From Macrostomum lignano (taxonomy: Eukaryota), in assembly GCA_002269645.1 (NCBI GenBank), contig NIVC01002524.1, positions 1 through 64,000 on the forward strand: a DNA stretch of 64,000 nucleotides, written 5' to 3'. Of the stretch, positions 48,251 to 59,531 are shown piece after piece. The notes beneath the pieces are model-generated. The model made no database searches and had not been told where the DNA came from. It saw only the letters and a list, made by a program, of their open reading frames with translations. Made by a program: the position numbers and the translations under genes. Within the stretch, counting starts at the first letter, position 1; each line of letters opens with the position of its first letter.

Positions 48251-49214
48251 ACTTTTGTATGGGTTTAGTTATTTAATTTAATATGAACTGAAAAATTTTC
48301 ACTGAAATTATCAGTTTTATTACTACTATTGAGTGAGGTGACACACTATCAGAGTTAGCCAATTTGTAGCAATATCTTTGGCATCCAAGTTGCCGATCAA
48401 TTTCTAGTCCACTTGCCTGCTCCAAGTCTGGACTCTCACTATTCGCTGCAATTCACTCACTCTCTCTCTCTCTCTCTCTCTCCAACTCTTTGTTTCTCTT
48501 TTTCGCCTGCGCGCTGCCCCGTGACCGATGCTGGCGGGGCGCCTTCCACTAGCCCGCCTGTCAATCAAGCCTCGAATATGGCCCACTTATGCCCTTGTCT
48601 TTTCGCCTCCCTACCTTCCAGCTCTGTCTGACTCCCTTTCACCACCTAGGCGCTGACACTCCCGACTAAGCTACTCAAATTCTCTCATCTCCTCATCCCC
48701 GCGCAGCGCCAATGCTCTCCAGGAAGCCGCCACCCAGCTGGCCCGGCCTCCGCTCCGCCCCTACTTGTCGTTGACGTCTGCCTTGGCGCCCGCCTCCTCC
48801 TCCCAGCCTCCAGGCACTTTGCCCGGCCCTCTATTGCCATTCGTCACCATTGCTTTCAGCTTTTTTGCTCTCTTGAAATTGATGCTCTCTCTACCGTCTC
48901 TCTGCCTGCGCGCGTGTTTTTTATTCACCAGCGCAGCCACCTCCCGATTGTCTTCTTGCCTTGCCACTCTTCTATTTCTTCAGCTCAAGCGTTCGCTGTG
49001 CGGTGGGGCGCAGCCTTGGTTCTCTGGTCGCTTCGTTGGAGCGAAAATTAAAGTGAAGCTGCTGCTGTTAGGGGGCGGGGGCGAGCGGTTTAGTGGCCCG
49101 GGCTTTCTGCTTCTGTTGCTGCTAACCGTTGCTGTGTTTCTTTTTCTTCTTTCACTTTTTTCTTGATGCCTCCTTTTTTAGGCTGTGCGTTCTTGTATTG
49201 CATCTTGATATTCT

Positions 49215-49628
<414 letters not shown>

Positions 49629-50364
49629 TCTAATCTACTCTATCTAATATATCAGTCAAACCCACACCTGATGCTTCGTAATCGTAACGTTTATCCCTGA
49701 ACTCGACGAACCGAAACGCCCCCCCCCCCTGGCGCCCCAGTCAGCGAGTTCCTGCGTGCGTGCCCGCAGCTCTCGCCCCGCTCCCCACCCGCCATTTTGA
49801 TCGCGTGAATGGCTGAAATCCGAATAGCGAATCTCAGTCAGATGCCGAGGCTTCCGCTGGCCCTTTTCCTAATCTCTATTCTCTCCTCCCCTTTGTTGCT
49901 GCGTTGAACTTCCTCTTCTGCCTTTTTGTTTGTGTTGTTTTTGTTGCCTAATTAATTTTGTCCCGGGGTTCGAATCTCCCGCTCTCCCGAGGCGTCAATG
50001 TCGTGACCCGGGCCGCACTCCTCTTTATTCTGTGCACCTCTGTTCATGATGATTTCGCTTCCGTCAGCTCTGTTCACAATGGTTCCTGCCCCGGTCTTAA
50101 TTGAATTTAATTTGCTGGCTTTGGCGCCCTCACGGCACGCCATCTTGATTTGTTTCTCCTCTATTCTCTGCTTCTTCTGACAAAGGACTGCATCATTTTG
50201 TTGTCAAACTTTTTTTTCCGGCAAAAAAGTTAGATTTTGGGCAGGAAATTTCCTAGTAATGCTGATGACTTATAACCGATTCTTTCAGATTATTGAGATC
50301 TTTCGTAAGCTTGTCCAGTGCAATCGATTTTTTTCTTTTTTAGGGTGCGAAATTTATGCTTTTT

Positions 50365-50805
50365 AGAAGCACTTTGCTTTAGCGGTGTTCTACATAAAGA
50401 AATTTCTGCTTTGTAGAAGCACTTTGCTCAAACCGTGTTCTACATAAAGAAATTTCTGCTTTGTAGAAGCACTTTGCTCAAACCGTGTTCTACATAAAGA
50501 AATTTCTGCTTTGTAGAAGCACTTTGCTCAAACCGTGTTCTACATAAAGAAATTTCTGCTTTGTAGAAGCACTTTGCTCAAACAGTGTTCTACATAAAGA
50601 AATTTCTGCTTTGTAGAAGCACTTTGCTCAATTGTGTTCTACATAAAGAAACTTCTGCTTTGTAGAAGCACTTTGCTCAAACCGTGTTCTACATAAAGAA
50701 ATTTCTGCTTTGTAGAAGCACTTTGCTCAAACAGTGTTCTACATAAAGAAATTTCTGCTTTGTAGAAGCACTTTGCTCAATTGTGTTCTACATAAAGAAA
50801 CTTCT
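50365..50805 (+). repeat. 50-bp minisatellite (GAAGCACTTTGCTCAAACCGTGTTCTACATAAAGAAATTTCTGCTTTGTA), ~8.7 copies, in TCF intron
   Basis: Direct tandem copies. Confidence 0.97.
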
Positions 50806-52376
50806 AGTCCGTATTCTCTCCCTTATCTGCAGTTTTCAATCTCCTGCCCTTATCTCATAGGAGTTGAATTTGTAGCAAAAGTTTTGGAAACTGCATGCAA
50901 AACCAAACTGACTGCAGTTTACTTAACACTTCGCCACTCTCTAGCGCAAGTGAAAACCATACAGCACTGTATTCACTGTATCCATGCGCAGGCGTTTTCC
51001 CACCAGCGGCACTGCGAGCTGTCTGTCTGCCGCCCTCGCGGCTCAGCTTATATGGCCTTCTATTTTTCTCCATCCGTTCTAAGGCGCGCTTGAGAGAGGA
51101 ATAATCAGAGATGAAGCCCCCCCCCTCTCTGCGGAGCTCGGAATCGACGAAGTGGTTGGAAAGCAATAACGCGGCTACAGTTGTTGTTGCAATAAATTTC
51201 AACACTGGTCCTGCCTCAGTGTAGGTGGTGTGGGGAGCAATAATCAAGCCGATACGCCAGCAAAGGCGCAACTAGGATATTCGGACGATTTTCGAGCTAA
51301 ATCGATTTTTTGAAAGCGTCCCTGCTGCAATGCTGCGGTCAAGTAGGGGCTGGAGAGACCGGCTTGTATGCTAGATGAAGCCTGCTCACTGCTCACCTAG
51401 GCGCAGCTCCTCCCGGCCTGTCTGTTATACAGAAGAGAGGAAAAAATCCCAAACATTACGGCTTGCTCCCGTTTTTGATTGACAGGCGCATAAAAAGGGA
51501 AACTATGCAGAGAACTCGGTTGATATAATGACGGCAGGTGAGATGTGTTGAGGCTGGTGCACGGTGATTCCAATGATAGAAAAGCTATGGGTGAGTCTAT
51601 ATTGGCTGCTGTGTTGAAGACACGAGAGCCACTTTTCTGGCCTCTTCCAAAGTTTGTCAAGTCGAGGCATGTTCTGCGAGCGCGCGGTTCCACTCGTTCT
51701 TTCGTGTCTCTGGGAAGCTGGGGAAAAGAAAACTGTTGGGGTGGGTGGGGGTTATGGGAGAGTTGGATGCGCGACCGGAAGGCCCCTGGCAACAACAGAA
51801 GGAAGTGAGAGGAGCCATTGCAAAGTTAAGAGCAAATGAAAGAGTGAGACAGAGAATTGAAGAAGGATGCAAGATGACGAATGCTGTGGCCACAGCTTCT
51901 TTTAGTAGATTTTCCCTTTCAATATAGATTCTACAATTCTACTCCCAGTTTGACTGACAAGTCGGGAACTGAGACGCGGCGCTTGCGGGAGAATTGCGTG
52001 ACTTTCGCCGCCTCCCTCCCTGCCTCTACGTCACTCTCAAGCCCCCCCCCCCACTCAGTTCCTCTATTGTTCCTACTCGCTATCCAAACCTATTTCTTTT
52101 CCTTTGTGTTGGATTCGGGCTACAAAGAGTGTGCTAATGCGCTAATTATAGCCGCGCTAAAATGTGCCAGCGCCAAACTAGGAGGGGGGGCATCATCATT
52201 AGGGCACACATACTCGAATCTCACACTGCATTTGTGGATTATTCTGGCTTATTCTATATATGGAAGTGTTCCCTCCTATCTGTCTCTTGCAGTTCAGGGC
52301 TGCCTCTATCAGGGTCAGGGGATTATTCTGACTTATTCTATATATGGAAGTGTTCCCTCCTATCTGTCTCTTGCAG

Positions 52377-53536
52377 TTCAGGGCCGCCTCTATCAGGGTC
52401 AGCCGTCCAGCCAGCGCCAGCAGCACCAGCGCCAGCACCAGCACCAGCATCAGAGCCTGTCCCGTTCGGTGCTAATTGGCAGCACGACAGCCGAGCTGCG
52501 TTTGAAAGCTGGTCAAACAATGGCGCCAGCTCAGCAGCACCAGCACCGGCAGCAGCAGCAGCAGAACCACGTGAAGAAGCCGCTCAATGCGTTCATGATC
52601 TTCATGAAGGAGCAGCGGCCCAAGGTGGTGTCGGAGTGCACGCTGAAAGAGTCGGCCGCCATCAACCAGATCCTTGGCCGGCGCTGGCACTCGCTCAGCC
52701 GTGAGGAGCAGGCCCGCTACTACGAGCTGGCCCGCCAGGAGAAGGAGCAGCACGCCAAGCTCTACCCAAACTGGTCGGCCCGCGACAACTACGGCGGCAT
52801 TGCGCGTAAACGCAAAAAACAGAAGCTGAGATTTTCTCACTCTGTTGGCTTGAATGCGACCGGTTTTGGCGGCGGCGGCGGAGTTGGGGGCGACGGCAAT
52901 CTGACTAGCGTTACTATGGCAACCTGCGGAATGAGCGCCGCCAATGCCCGGTGTAGCAGTCTTGGCAGCATTAGTGGCGGCGTTGGCCTCCCGACCTCTT
53001 CTGTTGCTGGCGCCGTCTCTACTCCGTCGTCGGCTGTTGCCGCTGCTGCCGCCCACGCGGCCGCCGCTGCCGCAGCTGCAGCCGCCGCGGCGGCCGCCTC
53101 CGCCGCCAAGAAATGTCGCGCAGTGTTCGGCCTGGAACGCCAGGATCTCTGGTGCAAGCCGTGCAAGCGAAAGAAGAAATGCGTCAAATTTGCCTCCGCC
53201 GATTGTTGCGAAAGCCAGTCGGTGCCGTCAACGCGGCACTCGCTGCTGCCCTCGGCGTCGCTGCAGTTGCCGCCCCCGCTGCCGCCGCCGATGAAGCGCT
53301 CTCGGCCGTCGACTCCGTGCAATGCCCAGAACTTGGCGACTGCCAGCGCCTGCTCTACTAATAGTAGCAGCAACAATCATAATTGTAACAACTTTTTCTG
53401 CTCGCCGAACGCCAGCAGCGGCGACGCCGGCGGCGGTTCAGGCGGCGACGACGAGGACGAGGACGACGATGACGATGACTGCGACGAAGAGGACGCCACC
53501 CAAGTGGCGTCACATAAGCAAACGCACCCAAGCTAG
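52377..53536 (+). CDS. TCF: TCF/LEF (pangolin) exon with HMG box, basic tail and C-clamp; current stop lies within the inserted LINE
   Basis: [76 protein letters not shown] is the TCF HMG box; RKRKKQK basic tail; [26 protein letters not shown]-clamp. Acceptor ctcttgcag at 52376 (alternative at 52292), phase 1. Confidence 0.95.
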
Positions 53537-54614
53537 GATCACAGAGACCTGTGTTGAGAGCACGATGCTCTTCAATGCAGGCGCCCGGCCCTTCCACAAG
53601 TCGGAAATTAAGCGGATGCAGCAGGCAATGGACCGTCGTTATCGGTACGTGTGGAGCAGCAAGACCGAACCACCGCTAAAAGAAATGGAGAGAAAAAAAG
53701 TGAACATGTGGGACGTGCGGAACGAACTGCGGGTCCGAAGCATCGGCGCCAAAGTCGAATCGGCCCACTGGCGCAGGCTAGGCCACGTACTCAGACTCCC
53801 GGATACCAGCACCGTCAAAAGATGTGTCCTCGGCTGGAGCAAGAAGCTGACTACCATCAAGAAAGCGCGGAAGAGAAGGCAGACCATCATCTCGGTATGG
53901 AGAAAGCTACTGCGCACGGCAGAAATCGATGAGCTGGAGGTCGAAAGGCTGGTGACCGAGAGAGAGGCTTGGAGAAAGAAGTTACGCATCAGGGAAAGAG
54001 CGCTGGAGGAGAGCGAGAGGAAGAAAGGAAAGAAAGCAGAGACGACTGAGGAAGAAACAGCACAGGAAAGAGAAGCCGGAGAAGTGGAATCGGAGCTGAC
54101 CGGGTACAGGTGCAATTACGAGAACTGCGGGAAGGTGTGCGCGTCGAGAGCCGGGTTAGCCGTACACCAACGGAGGATACACCATCAATTTACGAAGACA
54201 CCGCTGCCGTGCCTAAAGTGCAACGCTACCTTCTTCACGGAGGCGACAAGAAAAAACCACCAGAAGAGGTGCGGAGGAGAGGAGCGATCGGCGAAAGAAG
54301 TCCACTGCGGAGAGTGCAACAAGTGGATAAGCAAGTCCAACCACGCGCGGCATAGGAAACGGTGCAAGGAGAACGGAAGGAAACCAGAGGCGGGCGCGAC
54401 ACCGGACGAGAGGGCAGAAGAAGCAGCAGTACCAACGGGGAGAGGCCAGCAGACGACGGGGATTACGGCGCGGATCTACAAGAGCGCCAGAGCTCCGTGC
54501 CCGGACTGCGGGAGGATGCTGGCCCGCACGAACATGGCCAGACATCGAAAGACCTGCCAGTGAGTCGGCGGCAGAGCGTCCACGCCGCGAGGCGAGAAAA
54601 GGACTGAAGAAGAA
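53498..54614 (+). mobile_element. 5'-truncated RTE-type non-LTR retrotransposon with intact 3' ORF end (RT thumb region plus four zinc fingers)
   Basis: Open frame 53499-54563 (354 aa): [39 protein letters not shown] (RTE-like), one C2H2 and three C2HC fingers. Short 3' UTR, (GAA)n tail, 12-bp TSD GAAGAGGACGCC at 53486-53497 and 54615-54626. Confidence 0.9.
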
Positions 54615-54626
54615 GAAGAGGACGCC

Positions 54627-54800
54627 GAGGGCGAGGGCGAGGGCGAAATCAAAGGCGAGAGCGTCGGGTGCGATGTAAAAATGTTGAAAACCTCGCCAGC
54701 CTCCGCCGTTCACTCGGATGGCGGCTATTCGCCATCACTGCCGCCTCCTCCGCCGACGCACTGTCGGGCACTGGAGGCGCACGGCACGCCATCCTGCTGA
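54627..54800 (+). pseudogene. TCF: Displaced native TCF C-terminus (EGEGEGEIKGESVGCDVKMLKTSPASAVHSDGGYSPSLPPPPPTHCRALEAHGTPSC*)
   Basis: Removing the LINE and one TSD copy restores the TCF frame: ...DEEDA continues in frame for 57 codons to TGA at 54798-54800. Confidence 0.85.
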
Positions 54801-55375
54801 TAAAGCGTTGATTGCGCCATCAGTTCAGGTCGCCCCCCCCCCCCCGAACTGCTGCTTTGCGGATCAACTTTCATTTGTAACTCTTTGAATTATGGCTCTG
54901 TCCGATTCCCAGTGCTCGCTTGGCTTTGTGAAGGCAGAAATTGTTTTAGCATCTCTTTCGTCCGATTGAAGCCTCCTGTCTCCTCTGTTCTTGACCCCCT
55001 CCCCCACCTCACCTCGATCTTGTTTGTTGGCTCTGCTCTTCGCTTTCAATGCGCTATCTGATGAAGAAATGCCCCCCTTACCCTGAGATAATGAGTTGTT
55101 TTTTAAAGAATTTTAATCATTTATCAGCAATTAACAATAATAGCCTTTGCACCAATTGCGAATTACTTCATACTGTCTTTGTGCTCGATCTGTTTTTTTT
55201 ATTTGTACACACGTGAAATATTGATGTTTTCAAATTGCCATACTGTTTGATATTCATTTTCATGTTTACCTTAAATTGCATTGCATCTTTGCGTGCTTCT
55301 GCACTTGCTCTGTCTAACTTCTTCTATTGCCTGTCATCTTCTCTACGAGAATGGTTGCCTGAAATCTTATATTTT

Positions 55376-55927
55376 CTCAGTTGCTGGGCCAGCCTCCCAG
55401 ATCCTCAGTCGCTGGGCCAGCCTCCCAGATCCTCAGTTGCTGGGCCAGCCTCCCAGATCCTCAGTCGCTGGGCCAGCCTCCCAGATCCTCAGTTTCTGGG
55501 CCAGCCTCCCAGATCCTCAGTTGCTAGGCCAGCCTCCCAGATCCTCAGTTGCTGGGCCAGCCTCCCAGATCCTCAGTTGCTGGGCCAGCCTCCCAGATCC
55601 TCAGTTGCTGGGCCAGCCTCCCAGATCCTCAGTTGCTGGGCCAGCCTCCCAGATCCTCAGTTGCTGGGCCAGCCTCCCAGATCCTCAGTCGCTGGGCCAG
55701 CCTCCCAGATCCTCAGTTGCTGGGCCAGCCTCCCAGATCCTCAGTTGCTAGGCCAGCCTCCCAGATCCTCAGTTGCTGGGCCAGCCTCCCAGATCCTGTT
55801 GCTGGGCCAGCCTCCCAGATCCTCAGTTGCTAGGCCAGCCTCCCAGATCCTCAGTTGCTGAGCCAGCCTCCCAGATCCTCAGTTGCTGAGCCAGCCTCCC
55901 AGATCCTCAGTTGCTGGGCCAGCCTCC
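55376..55927 (+). repeat. 28-bp minisatellite (CAGTTGCTGGGCCAGCCTCCCAGATCCT)
   Basis: Direct tandem copies; explains ORFs 55235..56127. Confidence 0.97.
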
Positions 55928-56649
55928 CAGATCCTCAGTTGCTGGGCCACCAGCAGCAGCCCAGATGCAGGGCAGAGTGCAGTCACGGTGAGGAGATGCA
56001 GGGCAATCATCAGTCTGTGTTGCTTCTCTCTATAGCTATCATAAAACTTTGCGACGGGCACACGCGGCTTACACAGTCCGCAATTGTGTTGTGCGAGCTT
56101 ATTATGTACTTACAAAATTTATTATAATTGAGAATTATTTGTTTGATGCGCGCACTTGTCTACTAGAAGTAACTTCGTACGGGCAAGCTCTTTTTAAAGA
56201 GAAAAAAACACTAAATACACGCTCTCTTAGGAATAAGGGGCCTCAAGACGGTCCTGTTGTCTTAACTTTTCGGTTAGTTTTGTATATTTACTACAGTAGT
56301 TCCACGCGAGGGCCATAGGCCTGAAGCTATGCTGCTGGCTGTCCTGTATACAAATGTTCGAGGTATGCTTTGATCTGTTAATAACTCCAATCAGTACGAG
56401 TTACACAATTCAACCGCTGATTTCTATAGCCAGTTTGTCGAATAAGACTCATAAAGATACGCTTTGAGTGTACATAGAGACTAGCTAACTCATTTCTAAC
56501 ACCCTGAGCCCTGATCTTGCTGCTACAACTAGTCCTCGATAGGTACTCGGTTGCTCATTAATTAGGTTGCAAATAATCTTGATAGGTCCTCCGCGACTGC
56601 TTGGCTGGTCCATCTTTGGTCCTTGGGTTCTTAAACTTATTATGTTCCT

Positions 56650-57475
56650 TGACTGGTCTCCAACTGGTCCCCGACTGGTCCTTAACTGGTCCTTAATTGG
56701 TCCCCAGCTAATCCCCAACTGGTCCCCGACTGGTCCTTAATTGATCCCTAGCTAATCCCCAACTGGTCCCCAACTGGTCCTTAATTGGTCCCCAGCTAAT
56801 CCCCAACTGGTCCCCGACTGGTCCTTAATTGGTCGCCAGCTAATCCCCAACTGGTCCTTGACTGGTCCTTACCTGGTCCTTACCTGGTCCTTAATTGATC
56901 CCCAGCTAATCCCCAACTGGTCCCCTAACTGGTCCTTAATTGGTCCCCAGCTAATCCCCAACTGGTCCCCGAATGGTCCTTAATTGGTCCCCAGCTAATC
57001 CCCAACTGGTCCTCGACTGGTCCTTAATTGGTCCCCAGCTAATCCCCAACTGGTCCCCTAACTGGTCCTTAATTGGTCCCCAGCTAATCCCCAACTGGTC
57101 CTTGACTGGTCCTTACCTGGTCCCTACCTGGTCCTTAATTGATCCCCAGCTAATCCCCAACTGGTCCCCTAACTGGTCCTTAATTGGTCCCCAGCTAATC
57201 CCCAACTGGTCCCCGACTGGTCCTTAATTGGTCCCCAGCTAATCCCCAACTGGTCCCCGACTGGTCCTTAATTGGTCGCCAGCTAATCCCCAACTGGTCC
57301 CCGACTGGTCCTTAATTGGTCCCTAGCTAATCCCCAACTGGTCCCCGACTGGTCCTTAATTGGTCGCCAGCTAATCCCCAACTGGTCCCCGACTGGTCCT
57401 TACCTGGTCCTTAATTGGTCCTTACTTAGTCCCCTAACTGGTCCCCTACTGGTCCTTAACTGGTCCCCGACTGGT
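56650..57475 (+). repeat. ~44-bp minisatellite of ~11-bp subunits (AACTGGTCCCC GACTGGTCCTT AATTGGTCCCC AGCTAATCCCC)
   Basis: Direct tandem copies with higher-order subunit structure. Confidence 0.96.
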
Positions 57476-58194
57476 CTTCAAGTAGTGCGCCCCTACTGGT
57501 CTTTCATTCGCTCCTGTATGTATCGGCCATCGTTATTTAAAATCGACCACCGCTCAAAATGAGCGAGAACTTGACCTTGACCGAAGCATTCACCGTATCG
57601 TATAATATACAGAGTATTTTAGCCTTTAAGCAGAACTTCTAGAACTAATCAATTAGTGCTATGCAATAAATTTGAAAGTCATAATCATTTTTGCCGCTAA
57701 ATCTTTCAAGCTATAGTTTACGTAACTTTGTTATATAATGTACCAAATTTATTGCCTTGCGCACAATTTTACTATGATTTGTTAAATTTAACTGGACTCG
57801 CGGTCTTCAAGTGCCTAATAACACATTGCAATTGCAGAGCAGAACCGAATTTCTGTTTCCAATTCTTTTTTTACATTATTATATCGATGCCAAACAGGTT
57901 TTATTAATAAGCTACTTCATTTTTACTTGCAATTTCTTAACTAGCAATTGAGTTTTACAGACTGTCAAATTGCAGCATAAATTTGTATATCGATAATAAC
58001 TTACAATTAATAAATATTTCCATTTGATTTTAGCCTAACTAATTTTGTCTTTTTCTTTAAATTTATTTTATTTCCCAATCAGATTGTAAAGTAAAATTAG
58101 GATACTTTCAGGCTTTCGGGACTACTGAAAGTAGTCAGTTAGTAGTAGCTACTACTGAAATATTGAAGCTGCAGCCCACAGTACTTGAGCTGCA

Positions 58195-59047
58195 CCACAC
58201 AGTACTTGATCTATACCCCACAGTACTTGATCTATACCCCACATTACTTGATCTATACCCCACATTACTTGATCTATACCCCACATTACTTGATCTATAC
58301 CCCACATTACTTGATCTATACCCCACAGTACTTGATCTATACCCCACAGTACTTGATCTATACCCCACAGTACTTGATCTATACCCCACAGTACTTGATC
58401 TATACCCCACAGTACTTGATCTATACCCCACAGTACTTGATCTATACCACACAGTACTTGATCTATACCCCACAGTACTTGATCTATACCCCACAGTACT
58501 TGATCTATACCCCACAGTACTTGATCTATACCCCACATTACTTGATCTATACCCCACATTACTTGATCTATACCCCACAGTACTTGATCTATACCCCACA
58601 TTACTTGATCTATACCCCACAGTACTTGATCTATACCCCACATTACTTGATCTATACCACACAGTACTTGATCTATACCCCACATTACTTGATCTATACC
58701 CCACAGTACTTGATCTATACCCCACATTACTTGATCTATACCCCACATTACTTGATCTATACCCCACATTACTTGATCTATACCCCACATTACTTGATCT
58801 ATACCCCACAGTACTTGATCTATACCCCACAGTACTTGATCTATACCCCACAGTACTTGATCTATACCCCACAGTACTTGATCTATACCCCACAGTACTT
58901 GATCTATACCCCACAGTACTTGATCTATACCACACAGTACTTGATCTATACCCCACAGTACTTGATCTATACCCCACAGTACTTGATCTATACCCCACAG
59001 TACTTGATCTATACCCCACAGTACTTGATCTATACCCCACAGTACTC
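58195..59047 (+). repeat. 21-bp minisatellite (CACAKTACTTGATCTATACCC), ~40 copies
   Basis: Direct tandem copies; explains ORFs 58135..59222. Confidence 0.98.
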
Positions 59048-59145
59048 AATCACTTCCGCAGACAGGCCGTCACTACTCCTGAGCGCCCACTACGCAGTGA
59101 CAGATTGCAGATTAGCAAATCAAATTAGTATCGCTGAGGGCTATC

Positions 59146-59242
59146 ATGACAGACAGCGGTGCCGGCAGCTTTTTCAGCTCAGTACCGCAGAGTTCTTCAT
59201 CTGCTGCTCGATATGGTTTTGATGATATACTTACTGAGGACG
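59146..59242 (+). CDS. Candidate first coding exon A of the SVOP-like transporter (MTDSGAGSFFSSVPQSSSSAARYGFDDILTED)
   Basis: ATG at 59146; consensus donor GTGAGT at 59243; phase 1 joins exon 63686 in frame (G+AT = Asp). Acceptor-like ttccgcag at 59061. Confidence 0.5.
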
Positions 59243-59531
59243 GTGAGTTAACAGTAAATTGTATCTCTTACCAGTAAGGTCTTACTTGTACATTCATTCT
59301 TAGATAGTGCCATTGATTGTCTACCAATTAATTTCTATACCATCAATTGCAGCCGACCCTGATTTTCAGCGCCAGCCAAGAGTAGGATTTTTACGACCAA
59401 GTGTGTGTCGAATTGCTATCCAAAATGTTCATCCATTTTTTTGCGAACTAGTGGTTCAATTAGACTGCCTGCTATTTTGCTTTTTTGCTGTTGCTGACTT
59501 ACCGGATGGGGATAGACTTTGGTGTAGTGCG

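Noticed and set aside
48707-48900. Possible intermediate TCF exon (ANALQEAATQLARPPLRPYL)
   Set aside because: Start phase does not match the phase-1 donor at 46933 and no clear donor follows.
49960-49985. tRNA/SINE B-box-like GGTTCGAATC (also GAGTTCGAACC at ~18402, A-box-like TAGCTCAGTAG at ~13636)
   Set aside because: No correctly spaced A/B pair or cloverleaf; at most SINE debris.
51881-52292. N-terminal 137 codons of the 551-aa ORF as the TCF start
   Set aside because: TTG start and AT/pyrimidine-rich intron-like sequence; the true N-terminal beta-catenin-binding domain is at 46212 and splices in phase to 52293 or 52377.
53322-53497. A 413-aa gene overlapping TCF
   Set aside because: The first 59 codons are an alternative frame of TCF; only the part after the TSD is LINE ORF.
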